Of a stretch of DNA of 64,000 nucleotides, positions 19,427 through 29,463 are shown in pieces. The first letter of the stretch is position 1. The number at the start of each line of letters is the position of its first letter. The notes beneath the pieces are model-generated. The model saw only the letters and a list, made by a program, of their open reading frames with translations. It ran no database searches and was not told where the DNA came from. The stretch is from the IMG/VR virus record IMGVR_UViG_3300042321_002027. One strand, 5' to 3'. A program made the position numbers and the translations under genes. This stretch comes from a virus.

Positions 19427-21877
19427 AATAACGTCTTTCAAGTAAAGCGCACCAGCACATCTGGACGCACCCCGAATACAACGGGGTCATACGCCACAAA
19501 TTCCCAATACATCGCTGCAGGTGAGTTCGCCTTAAATATGGTGGATGGTGTTCTCTATACATCCAATGGTTCTGCTGTAATTACTGTTGGTGCTAATCTT
19601 GTTAATCAAAGAATAACAAATTCAGTTAGTATTGATAATAATAAAAATATAAGGTTCCAAACTGTCAACACGGCTGCTTATGTCGGTATGAGACAGCAGA
19701 ATGATGACAACTTCGTCTTTTATTCAACAAATACCGCATATGGTGAAAGAGCAATTTGGTCAGTTTTTGCTAATAGTATTACAAGTGCTTTTAGTCTTTC
19801 TGTTCCGACCACCTTTAATGGTAACATTACTCTTGGTGGTGTTGCAGTAAGCGCAAACGGAAGCACAGGATCTGCAGGTCAAGTTTTAACAACTAATGGT
19901 TCATCTACATACTGGTCAACTGTAAGTGGTGGTGGCGGTAGTGTTAACGTAAATGCACAATATGCTTGGACAAATATCCACACATTCTCCGCAAACGTAT
20001 CATTTACCGGAAATGGTATTGGTATTACTACAAATACTGGCGCGATTTATCTTGGTGGTCTTGCTGACAACAATTGGAAAATAGGTCGTAATACTGGATC
20101 TACCACAAAGTGGAGATACACCAATAATAGTATTGACATAATTACTGCCAATTCAAATCTTGAAGGTATGACCATTGGTCTCATTAATGGTAATAGCTAT
20201 TTTGAAACTGGATATCTTGGTACATTTATTGCTAGTAATGTAACAATCGGTAATGCAACAGTAAACGTTACAATTAACTCTACATCATTTACAGGAACAG
20301 CAAGTAATGCTTCGTTACTGAATAATAAGACCGAAGGCAACCTAAACGTTAATAACGCAACAACAGCGTATAGTAAAACTGAAGGCAATCTCAACGTTAA
20401 TAACGCAACAACAGCTTACAGTAAAGCTGAATCTGCGTTAAATGTCAATAGTGCATTGACTGCAAACAATTCTACTAATTTAGGTGGTCAAGCAGCTGCT
20501 TATTACACTAACGCTACTAACATAACAACTGGCACTCTTCCATATGCTCAAATACCTGCTAACGTAATCAATACAACAGCAGCATTTACGCGCACTGGCA
20601 TTACTACTTTTTCTGCTAACGTTGTTTTAGGAAGTTCGGGACTATCAGCAAACGGAGGGTTTGGTACGGCTGGTCAAGTACTACACTCAAATGGCACAGC
20701 AACTTACTGGGCTGCTGACGATAATGCCGGAGGAACTGTAACATCTGTAGCATCAGGTAATGGTATAACAGGTGGCACAATTACAACCACAGGCACATTA
20801 ACTGCTGTTGCAGGTGCGGGTGTTGTTGTTAATACGTCTGGTATTAATGTTCTCGCTAATAATGGTATCACGGCAAACTCAACTGGCACATTTGTTAACG
20901 CCCAAACTCCATTAGTTGCTAATGCTACTGGTTTACACATCGCCACAAGTGCAGGTAATGGCACGTTCAGTTCGGGTATTTCAGCGATTACAGTCGACTC
21001 TGTTGGTCGCGTCACTTCTGTTACAGGTTCGGCAGGTTATGTAACTTCTTCTGGTGTTACTTCTGTTGCTACTGGCAACGGTATGACAGGTGGTACAATT
21101 ACCACTACTGGTACTGTTTCTATCTTAGCAAATACGGGTATAGTCGCTAACTCTACAGGCGCTTTTGTTAATGCTACTTACATAGCAACAATCGCTGCAA
21201 ATAGCGCCACAGGATCGTTAACAAACACCTTTACTGTTGGTACAGCATCTTATTTTGTTGCGAATGGTAACTTGGGTATCGGCAACACAGCACCAGCATT
21301 TAAGCTTAGAGTTGAGGGTACAACTTCTTTAGCTGGTGCAGTTTCTGGTATTACTACTTTAGCAGCTGGTAATACTACAATCACTGGATTTGCTAACGTT
21401 ACATCTACAATCCAAGGTGGATCTAGTTTAACAATTGCGGGAGCTCTATCAGGCGTTACTACAGCTGCGATGGGCAACACAACTATCACTGGATTTGCCA
21501 ATGTAACTACCAGTGTTAACTCCGCATTGCTTACGGTTGGTTCAACATTTATCGCTAACACATCTCAACTAACAACAACTGTTCCATTTTCTGCTAATGG
21601 TGCCACAGGCACAGCTGGACATGTTCTAACTTCAAATGGTGCTACTGGATCTCCTTATTGGGCAGCAGCCGCTGGCGGCGGATATTACAAAGGCGGAACA
21701 TCAGCAGTCGGTTCTCTTGCAGTTGGTGGTCAAAACTTATTCCGTGTAAATGCAAACACGTTAAATACAAGTACCACATTTGTAGCAGGTGAAAATGGTT
21801 CAGCAACAGGTCCGATCACAATTGCTTCCGGTATAACTTTAACAATTCAAACAGGCGCTAGGGTGAGTATAGTATAA
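19421..21877 (+). CDS. tail fibre protein
   Basis: FQVKRTS..GR.P N-terminus; GTVTSVASGNGITGGTIT repeats; C-terminal GYYKG...GEN...GP.TIA module; TTG start, GAGGAG SD. Confidence 0.8.
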   Translation: MANNVFQVKRTSTSGRTPNTTGSYATNSQYIAAGEFALNMVDGVLYTSNGSAVITVGANLVNQRITNSVSIDNNKNIRFQTVNTAAYVGMRQQNDDNFVFYSTNTAYGERAIWSVFANSITSAFSLSVPTTFNGNITLGGVAVSANGSTGSAGQVLTTNGSSTYWSTVSGGGGSVNVNAQYAWTNIHTFSANVSFTGNGIGITTNTGAIYLGGLADNNWKIGRNTGSTTKWRYTNNSIDIITANSNLEGMTIGLINGNSYFETGYLGTFIASNVTIGNATVNVTINSTSFTGTASNASLLNNKTEGNLNVNNATTAYSKTEGNLNVNNATTAYSKAESALNVNSALTANNSTNLGGQAAAYYTNATNITTGTLPYAQIPANVINTTAAFTRTGITTFSANVVLGSSGLSANGGFGTAGQVLHSNGTATYWAADDNAGGTVTSVASGNGITGGTITTTGTLTAVAGAGVVVNTSGINVLANNGITANSTGTFVNAQTPLVANATGLHIATSAGNGTFSSGISAITVDSVGRVTSVTGSAGYVTSSGVTSVATGNGMTGGTITTTGTVSILANTGIVANSTGAFVNATYIATIAANSATGSLTNTFTVGTASYFVANGNLGIGNTAPAFKLRVEGTTSLAGAVSGITTLAAGNTTITGFANVTSTIQGGSSLTIAGALSGVTTAAMGNTTITGFANVTTSVNSALLTVGSTFIANTSQLTTTVPFSANGATGTAGHVLTSNGATGSPYWAAAAGGGYYKGGTSAVGSLAVGGQNLFRVNANTLNTSTTFVAGENGSATGPITIASGITLTIQTGARVSIV
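20327..20455 (+). repeat. 48-nt coding tandem repeat (KTEGNLNVNNATTAYS x2 plus a partial third copy)
   Basis: Visible in DNA and protein. Confidence 0.85.
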
Positions 21878-22770
21878 TGTCAACATTAGCAGTAGCAACC
21901 GTAACAACAGGTTCTGGGACCACTGATTTAATTTTATCAACTGCAAATGCAAGTGCTGGCGACATAGTAGTTTTGTCTGGTGGTGGTTTAGTTTTAGCTC
22001 CTAATGCATCAATCAATTCTATTATCGTTTCTGCCGGATCTCCTGCAAACGTTATGGTAACCAATTCAACAGGAATATATCTATCGTCAAACATAGCAAG
22101 CAATTTGGTGTTGTCAAGTAATTTAACAATTACTGGTCTTGCAAATGTCGCTAATATGAACGTTTCGGCCAACGTTGTTGTTACTGATAGAATTACGGCG
22201 AATGTCTTTGTTGGTTCAGTATCAAGCCCTTTTAATCCACAAATAACAGTTGGTGTTGTTGCTGGCGCAAAAGCTATTGCTCCATCAATATCAACAGCTG
22301 CAGCTGGTACTTTAGCATTAACTGCAAATAGACAATACTTTGTGCCAATGTACATTCCTAATATTATTACAACTGCAACAATGGCTTGCGAAGTAACTAC
22401 ACTAGGTACATCTTCTTCAATACGCATGAACATTTATGCAGCTAATGCTTCTACAGGAGCTCCTACTGGCTCACCATTGGCTTCAGATGTGTTAGTTTCT
22501 TCAGCGACAATTGGGGTAAAAACAGGAGCATATGTTGTGACATTAAAACCAGGACTTTATTGGGCTTCCATGGTTTGCAACGCCACTGCGCCAACAATAA
22601 GAACTATGACTGCTCCACCAACAATTGGCGTGTCGACTTTGGGAGCTACGCCAATGTATTCATACATATTTGGCACGTTTACTTTCGCTGCAATGGGCGT
22701 TTATTCTGGTGTTACTTCTATAACCGGAGCCGCAGCTGCTACTCAAACACCGCTAATAGCTATTTACTGA
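21877..22770 (+). CDS. fibre-tip/receptor-binding protein
   Basis: TAATG coupling to the fibre gene; MSTLAV N-terminus; C-terminal beta-sandwich-like region (IRMNIYA...LKPGLYW). Confidence 0.6.
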   Translation: MSTLAVATVTTGSGTTDLILSTANASAGDIVVLSGGGLVLAPNASINSIIVSAGSPANVMVTNSTGIYLSSNIASNLVLSSNLTITGLANVANMNVSANVVVTDRITANVFVGSVSSPFNPQITVGVVAGAKAIAPSISTAAAGTLALTANRQYFVPMYIPNIITTATMACEVTTLGTSSSIRMNIYAANASTGAPTGSPLASDVLVSSATIGVKTGAYVVTLKPGLYWASMVCNATAPTIRTMTAPPTIGVSTLGATPMYSYIFGTFTFAAMGVYSGVTSITGAAAATQTPLIAIY

Positions 22771-22777
22771 GGATAAA

Positions 22778-23089
22778 ATGCAAAAGATTGATTCATACGA
22801 TTCTGAAGGTAATTTAATATCTTCTGTTGATACAAGAACTCTAGAGTTTACTAAAGAGCAAAGAGTTTTATACATTAAGCAGCAGTGCACGACGTATATT
22901 TTAGAAAACTATCCGGATTACAAGCAAAGAAATGCAGGTATGGGAATTTACGCGCCGGAAGAAAATTTAAGAATAATTAATGGCGTGAAAGATTGTATAA
23001 ATAAATGTGACACATTAGAATCTATGATAGCCGCATGTATTAGTAATGACGAAGTTGATTTGATAGATTGGAACATGGAAATACAATAG
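22778..23089 (+). CDS. putative tail fibre assembly chaperone
   Basis: YPDYKQRN...EVDLIDW pattern; follows a fibre-tip gene. Confidence 0.5.
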   Translation: MQKIDSYDSEGNLISSVDTRTLEFTKEQRVLYIKQQCTTYILENYPDYKQRNAGMGIYAPEENLRIINGVKDCINKCDTLESMIAACISNDEVDLIDWNMEIQ

Positions 23090-23122
23090 TCTAGATAATC
23101 TAGCCATAAGGGAAAGGGAACG

Positions 23123-26100
23123 ATGGCAGAAAAAGATTTCGTCGTAAAAAACGGCTTAATAGTAAACACCAGCTTGATTTTCGCTAACGGCGATATAGCT
23201 CGTGTAGGTATTAACAACACATCACCAGATGCATCATTAACAGTTACAGGAACAGCCAATGTTTCTGGCAACGTTATTTTGGGTGCAAACTTAACTGTTG
23301 TCAACACAGTTATTCCCTCTAATATTTTACTGGGCAACGCCTCAGTAAATGCCACACAAAACAGTTCCCTATTACAAATAGCAAACTCTACAGCAACAGC
23401 TAATTTAACTGCAGCTGACTTGAAAATCGGCACAACAACAGTTAACACAACTGCAGTTTCTGTCGGCGTTTCTCAGTTATCTAGCGTTAGAATATCAGTT
23501 GGTAATTCTACTGCCAATGCGTTTATGGGAAATAATGGCGTTAATACGGTATTACTAACTGTCGCCAATTCAACAATCGAAGTTGACATTACACCCGCTA
23601 GTATTACCATTGGTAATTCAGTTGCCAATTCAACTGTAAATTCTACTGCTTTTAATGGTACATCGAATAATTCAACTAATTTTGCCGGAGAGCCAGCCTC
23701 TTATTACGCGAATGCAGAAAACTTAACAAGCGGCACATTACTCAATGCTCGTTTGTCTGCTCAAGTCGTAAACACTTCTGGATCATTCACACTTTCTGGT
23801 AATACTACTCTTGCTGGCACAAATACAACTATTTCTAGTAACGTTAATATTACTGGGTCTTTCTTAAACGTAGCTTCAGCTTTTGTTACAAATTCTACTG
23901 GCGCTTACCATACAGGAACTATAAACGCTGCTTCACACACTGTTGGGGCAAACATTGTAGCTAATAGTACAGGTATTACATTTGTTGGAAACACTACAAA
24001 ACCAACCATTGCGATTTCTAATAGTGGTTCTATTGCTATTGGTAACAGCACTACAAATACCACAGCAATTTCTATATTATTAGCCAACGATTCTACAAGC
24101 GCAAGCATATCACCTGCTGGGTTTACTGGTAATGGATTTAACTTAACTGTAGCTGCCGCTAATATTACCAGCGGAACAATTGCCTCAGCTAGAATTTCGG
24201 GCGCATACACTGGTATAACTTCTGTTGGAACATTATCTACTCTAACATCAGGTAATGTCTCTTTAGGTTCTTCTTTACTACAAGTAAATTCTTCTGCTGG
24301 TAACATTAATACCGTTTCTATCGGAACTGCTAATGTCAACGTTGATTCCGGTGTTCTGTTTGTAGATAGTATTAATAACAGAGTTGGTATCAATAATACT
24401 GGACCAGATGCTGCGTTAACAGTAACAGGATCTGCTAACGTCTCTGGTGACTTGAGAGTTCAAGGTAACTTCTTTATCACAGGTACAACTACACAAACTG
24501 GTACAACAGAATATACTGGTTCTTTAACTCCTACTGCAAATGATATAAATCTTGGTAATGCGTCACAACTTTGGATCTTGTACGCCAACACTGGTTATTT
24601 TAACAGTAACGTTAATTTTGGGGCTAATCTATTAATTAATTCTGCTGCAGTAGTATGGACTGGCAACTCAACTACTTCGCCAACAATAACAATCGCAAAT
24701 AGCGGTAATGTTACCATTGGTAGCAGTACAACAACTCAAACTCTTGCCCGTTTGAATATCAGTAATACAGCTGGTAGTGTTAATATTACTACTGTTAACG
24801 TTTCTGTATCTAATTCTACCACAAGTGCAAATATCACAGCTGCTGGTTTTTTCGGAAATGGCTCTGCTTTAACTTCACTGAATGCTGATAACTTGACAAC
24901 AGGAACTCTCGCATACGCTAGAATTCCTGCTAATATTGTCAATACAACTGGCAGCTTTACATTATCAGGAAACACTATTCTTGGTGGTACAGGAACTGCA
25001 CTGTCAAGTAACATAATTCTTGGCGGTGCTTCTGTACTCATATCTTCAGAAGCTTCAAATATTAATGTTGTTGCAAACACAACAGGTTTCAATAGTACTA
25101 CTAATACTATATCTGTTTCTAACGCAAATATTAGAATGCAATTGAATGATAGAGTTTATTACGCGGTGCCTTCTGGTAATACGCCTATTGCTCCATTATC
25201 AGGCAACACTTATTACTTCGTTTCGTTTGTTAACAGCTCTGCAGTTGCGTTTTCTACGACAGCTGGCGGCGCTAACATTGATATATCCGATTCACGTACT
25301 ACAAATCCTGGCGAATCGCATAATATAAAGTTTGATACTTCTGTTGTTTATAATTCAGCATCAACAACCTCTGTATTCTCAGTAAATGCTAGCACTCTAA
25401 GTCATTCAGGAAGAATAAACGCTGCTTCACACACCGTTGGCGCTAATATTGTTGCTAACAGCACAGGCATTGTTTTTGTAGGCAATTCAACTACTTCACC
25501 AACAATAACTCTAGCTAACACTGGCTCGTTTACTATCGGTAGTGGTACCACTACACAAACCACTGCGTTGATTTCTCTAGCAAACTCTGTCGGTAGTGCA
25601 AATATCACAGCTGCTGGTTTCTTCGGTAATGGTGCTTCTCTTACATCGTTAAACGCTGATAATATTACTAGCGGAACATTGGCATACGCTAGAATTCCTG
25701 CTAACATCGTAAACACTAGTAGCAGCTTCACGTTATCTAGTGCTACATTAGGTGGTGCGAATACAACTGTTTCCAGCAATCTTAACGTTACTGGAACATT
25801 CCTAAACGTTGCTTCTGCTTTTGTAGTTAACTCTATTGGTGCATACCATACTGGTTTAATTAATGCCGCTTCACACAATTCTGGCGCAATAGGTACTGGT
25901 ACTGGTGGAACAGTACAAAACACTACTACTATGTTCCTTGGTAACAATACGATAAACACAGTAATTACTTCTGCGGGTTTAAATGTTAATGCTGTTACAG
26001 TAGCAAATAGCTCTGGTGTGTATACAACAACTGTTAATGCCGCAAGTCATACTGTTGGAGCAAACATTGTTGCCAACAGCACAGGTATTACATTTGTTGG

Positions 26101-27226
26101 AAATACTACAAAACCAACTATTGCGATTTCTAATAGTGGTTCCATAACTATCGGCAGTGGTAGTACTAATACTACAGCAATTTCTATATCATTAGCTAAC
26201 GATTCTACAAGCGCAAGTATAACACCTGCAGGATTTACTGGTAATGGTGCAAGCTTAACTTCACTAAATGCTACAAATATTACTAGCGGAACTTTAGATT
26301 ATGCTAGAATTCCTGCTAATATCGTAAACACCACAGCGGCGTTTACAAGAACTGGTATAACTACTTTCTCTGCTAATATCGTTCTTGGATCATCGGGCGT
26401 TTCTGCTAATGGCGGATTTGGTACAGCTGGACAAGTACTACACTCAAATGGCACTGCAACATACTGGGCAGCAGATGATAACTCAGGCGGTACAGTAACT
26501 TCTGTTGCTTCCGGAAATGGTATTACGGGTGGTACTATCACATCTTCGGGTACGCTTTTTGTAGTTCAAGGAACAGGTATTGTTGTAAACGCCACAGGCG
26601 TACACGTTAACTCTACGTATATCGGAACGTTAACAGCAAACAATTCTAACAATTTGAATGGCCAAGCCGCCTCGTTTTACGCTAATGCTGAAAACTTAAC
26701 TACTGGCGTGTTGCCAACAGCTAGATTGTCCGGAGCATATACAGGCATAAATCAAGTTGGCACTCTTTCGTTCTTTAGTGCTACAGGAAATGCTAACTTT
26801 GATTCTGGTGCATTGTTTGTAGACGGACTAAACAACAGAGTAGGAATTAATAATACTTCTCCTTCTGTTTCGTTGCAAATAACAGCAACAGATGCTATTT
26901 TTGTACCAATTGGTACTACTGCGCAAAGACCTAGTGGCGCAAACGGTATGTTGCGTTTCAATACAGACAGTAGTACTTTCGAAGGGTTCTCTAACAGTGC
27001 TTGGGGTAACATTGTAAGCACTAGCTCCGGTGGTTATTACAAGGGCAATAACGGCGCAATTGGTGCAACCGATAGCAGAAATAATTTATATAGAATAAAT
27101 TCTAATACACAAAGTAATAATATAACAATTATTGCAGGTGAAAATGCACTTACAGTAGGTCCAATGACCATTGCAGATGGATTTAACTTAACAATTGATA
27201 CAGGTGGAAGGGCAGTGATAGTCTAA
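23123..27226 (+). CDS. long tail fibre protein with internal repeats
   Basis: KDFVVKNGL N-terminus; NRVGINNT.P repeats; repeated NAASHTVGANIVANSTG and NIT.GTL.YARIPANIVNT modules; GTTAQRP...GMLRFNT motif; same C-terminal module as 19421. Confidence 0.85.
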   Translation: MAEKDFVVKNGLIVNTSLIFANGDIARVGINNTSPDASLTVTGTANVSGNVILGANLTVVNTVIPSNILLGNASVNATQNSSLLQIANSTATANLTAADLKIGTTTVNTTAVSVGVSQLSSVRISVGNSTANAFMGNNGVNTVLLTVANSTIEVDITPASITIGNSVANSTVNSTAFNGTSNNSTNFAGEPASYYANAENLTSGTLLNARLSAQVVNTSGSFTLSGNTTLAGTNTTISSNVNITGSFLNVASAFVTNSTGAYHTGTINAASHTVGANIVANSTGITFVGNTTKPTIAISNSGSIAIGNSTTNTTAISILLANDSTSASISPAGFTGNGFNLTVAAANITSGTIASARISGAYTGITSVGTLSTLTSGNVSLGSSLLQVNSSAGNINTVSIGTANVNVDSGVLFVDSINNRVGINNTGPDAALTVTGSANVSGDLRVQGNFFITGTTTQTGTTEYTGSLTPTANDINLGNASQLWILYANTGYFNSNVNFGANLLINSAAVVWTGNSTTSPTITIANSGNVTIGSSTTTQTLARLNISNTAGSVNITTVNVSVSNSTTSANITAAGFFGNGSALTSLNADNLTTGTLAYARIPANIVNTTGSFTLSGNTILGGTGTALSSNIILGGASVLISSEASNINVVANTTGFNSTTNTISVSNANIRMQLNDRVYYAVPSGNTPIAPLSGNTYYFVSFVNSSAVAFSTTAGGANIDISDSRTTNPGESHNIKFDTSVVYNSASTTSVFSVNASTLSHSGRINAASHTVGANIVANSTGIVFVGNSTTSPTITLANTGSFTIGSGTTTQTTALISLANSVGSANITAAGFFGNGASLTSLNADNITSGTLAYARIPANIVNTSSSFTLSSATLGGANTTVSSNLNVTGTFLNVASAFVVNSIGAYHTGLINAASHNSGAIGTGTGGTVQNTTTMFLGNNTINTVITSAGLNVNAVTVANSSGVYTTTVNAASHTVGANIVANSTGITFVGNTTKPTIAISNSGSITIGSGSTNTTAISISLANDSTSASITPAGFTGNGASLTSLNATNITSGTLDYARIPANIVNTTAAFTRTGITTFSANIVLGSSGVSANGGFGTAGQVLHSNGTATYWAADDNSGGTVTSVASGNGITGGTITSSGTLFVVQGTGIVVNATGVHVNSTYIGTLTANNSNNLNGQAASFYANAENLTTGVLPTARLSGAYTGINQVGTLSFFSATGNANFDSGALFVDGLNNRVGINNTSPSVSLQITATDAIFVPIGTTAQRPSGANGMLRFNTDSSTFEGFSNSAWGNIVSTSSGGYYKGNNGAIGATDSRNNLYRINSNTQSNNITIIAGENALTVGPMTIADGFNLTIDTGGRAVIV

Positions 27227-27723
27227 TGTCAAGCTTAACAACAACTACAGTAAACACCAAAGATGGTGTAACAAATTTAACTATGCAAACAGGCAATTCT
27301 GCAGCTGCTAGAATTGTTTTAGGATCTGCTGGTGGCATAACTCTAGGCGCAAATTCTTCAGCAAATGTTATAGTTGCCAACTCTACCCTGATTAACGTTT
27401 CAGCAAATGCCAATATGCTTACTGTTAATGCTTCGGCTTTAAACTTATCAGGCGCGAGTATCACTACTAGTGGATATAGCAGACTACCAAATGGATTACT
27501 TTTACAGTGGGGATCAGTTGTAGCAAACTCTACTTCAGGAACAATAACATTCCCAATTACATTTGCTGCTACGCCATATTCAGTGCAAATCACACCGCAA
27601 TCGACTGGTGGCACTAACACTGCAGTAGGTCATGCGGTAACTGCAACAACAACCACTACTGCAACGGTCAGAACCACTAATGCAGTATCATTCACATATT
27701 ATTATATGGCTCTAGGAGTTTAA
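27226..27723 (+). CDS. fibre-tip protein with GYSRLPNGLLLQWG domain
   Basis: TAATG coupling to the long fibre gene; C-terminal domain paralogous to that of 6785. Confidence 0.7.
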   Translation: MSSLTTTTVNTKDGVTNLTMQTGNSAAARIVLGSAGGITLGANSSANVIVANSTLINVSANANMLTVNASALNLSGASITTSGYSRLPNGLLLQWGSVVANSTSGTITFPITFAATPYSVQITPQSTGGTNTAVGHAVTATTTTTATVRTTNAVSFTYYYMALGV

Positions 27724-27726
27724 TTA

Positions 27727-28275
27727 ATGTCAACATTACAGGTCGCAAACATACATCTTGAGTCTACAGCCAATAACAGAATACAGCATATGGGCTCAAA
27801 CACTATTACTCTATTTACTGGAGGTTTAGCCGCCTTTACTGCTAATGACACTACCACATTGGTAAGATTAGGTGGAGCAAATGCTTACATTACTAACTCA
27901 ACTGGTAATTTTTTCGGAAGTAACACTCTCATTGGTCCAGGATCTGTAAGCACTGGTTATAGATTGTATGTTAATGGAACTATCTACGCAACAGGCGATA
28001 TTACCGCTCTTTCGGATATTTCTGTTAAGGACAATATCATGACAATAACAAACGCTCTTGATACTGTAGGTAATCTAAGAGGTGTTTCTTATACAGTTAA
28101 GGAAACTGGCGAAGGAAAAATAGGTCTTATTGCTCAGGAAGTTAAGAAAGTGTTGCCTGAAGTTGTTGTAGAAAACTCAGACAATATTGGTATTGCTTAT
28201 CAAAACATAGTAGCTGTTCTGATCGAAGCTGTAAAAGAGTTGAAAAAGAAAGTTGAAAATTTGGAGTCTAAGTAA
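27727..28275 (+). CDS. short fibre-tip protein with intramolecular chaperone (peptidase S74) domain
   Basis: GDITAL-SD.SVKDNI, LRGVSY, IGLIAQEV..VLPEVV, Y..IVAVLIEAVKEL motifs. Confidence 0.85.
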   Translation: MSTLQVANIHLESTANNRIQHMGSNTITLFTGGLAAFTANDTTTLVRLGGANAYITNSTGNFFGSNTLIGPGSVSTGYRLYVNGTIYATGDITALSDISVKDNIMTITNALDTVGNLRGVSYTVKETGEGKIGLIAQEVKKVLPEVVVENSDNIGIAYQNIVAVLIEAVKELKKKVENLESK

Positions 28276-28278
28276 ATT

Positions 28279-29463
28279 ATGGTAGCGACAACTAATGTTT
28301 CTTTTGCTGCTATTTCTTTGGAGTTAGATGGAACTCCAGGAACAGCATTTAGTATGAGTAATGCTTTTATGAGGTCTACTCTTAGCACTGGACCTTCGAC
28401 TCCAGGTACAGCCATTAGCATAACTGATGTTGCTGGTGCATTTTATAAAACGTTTACCATTAGCACAAACACAGCCAATTATAACATATATGACGCAATT
28501 GCTGCAGCTGGATGGACTGGTATTAAAAGAGCAACAGCAAACGTAACTCTTGTTTCTCCTTCACCAACTACTGCTGTCCAAACTGTGTTATATTCAACAT
28601 CAACTGCTAACGCTGCTTTAGAATCTGGATCGTTTCCTGGTTCCGCGCCTGCAAATGTCAGAATAGTTACTGGTGTAAACACATTTATTGTAGGAATGGG
28701 TGGTGCAGGTGGTGCAGGTGGGACTGCTTCTGCTCCTACTCCACCATCAGGAACAAATTACGCTACTGATCCTGGTGATCCTGGATCGCCCGGAGGCCAT
28801 GCAATACGACTAACTTCTGCAGCAACATATACTATCGTAAACTCCGGTACTATTGGCGGTGGTGGTGGTGGTGGAGGTGGAGGTGGAGATTGGGATTCTT
28901 CGTCAGCACTACCGGACCCTTCTCCTTGTTTAGCTGCTGATAGCCAAATATTAATGTATGATGGCACCACAAAAAATATTTGTGATATAGTTTCTGGAGA
29001 TAAATTAAAAACGCTTACAGGCGAAATAGGTACTGTGCTTTATTTAAATCCAACTACGTTAAAACGACACAGAAAAATTGTTCGTTTAAAAATTAATGAA
29101 AATGCAAAACCATTAAGAATTACTGACGATCATGAGTTGTGGATTAAAGACGAAACAGGCGAACGTTTTGGTGTTTACAATTATAATAGCTGGTTACAAG
29201 ACGAAATTACTACACCATCGTATAAATCTGGCGACCCGATATACGATATGAAAATTTTATCTCCTTTAGGTGTTCATAATTTTGCTACTGTAGATGGATG
29301 GTCAGAAACTAGCTGCGAATGGGAAATAAACTCTGATCCAGAAGAACCTGTTTATTGCATTATGTTAGACAAAGGAGTAGGTTTTATAGCGGATGGGTTT
29401 GTTGTCGCTAATGATGACTGGTATGATGAAGAATTGATCGGAGTTTCTTGGAAAGGCGTATGA
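28279..29463 (+). CDS. gp38-like glycine-rich adhesin, N-terminal half, fused to a Hint domain
   Basis: GMGGAGG, GGHAI...IVNSGTIGGGGGGG motifs as in T-even gp38; follows an S74-bearing tip protein; aa 217-378 form a Hint domain. Confidence 0.75.
   Translation: MVATTNVSFAAISLELDGTPGTAFSMSNAFMRSTLSTGPSTPGTAISITDVAGAFYKTFTISTNTANYNIYDAIAAAGWTGIKRATANVTLVSPSPTTAVQTVLYSTSTANAALESGSFPGSAPANVRIVTGVNTFIVGMGGAGGAGGTASAPTPPSGTNYATDPGDPGSPGGHAIRLTSAATYTIVNSGTIGGGGGGGGGGGDWDSSSALPDPSPCLAADSQILMYDGTTKNICDIVSGDKLKTLTGEIGTVLYLNPTTLKRHRKIVRLKINENAKPLRITDDHELWIKDETGERFGVYNYNSWLQDEITTPSYKSGDPIYDMKILSPLGVHNFATVDGWSETSCEWEINSDPEEPVYCIMLDKGVGFIADGFVVANDDWYDEELIGVSWKGV
28927..29412 (+). other. Hint (intein/BIL/Hedgehog-like) autoprocessing domain
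   Basis: Block A CLAADSQILMYDG..KNICDI..GD, block B LRITDDHELW, block F/G PVYCI...FIADGFVVAN; the +1 residue is Asp; no endonuclease domain. Confidence 0.8.

Noticed and set aside
23900-26560. Repeats in fibre genes as a diversity-generating retroelement TR/VR pair
   Set aside because: Differences are mostly synonymous and not adenine-specific; no reverse transcriptase is in the window.
28927-29412. Canonical cis-splicing intein
   Set aside because: It ends A-N followed by Asp, has no penultimate His or +1 Cys/Ser/Thr, has only a 16-aa C-flank and no endonuclease; treated as a BIL/Hint-type domain instead.
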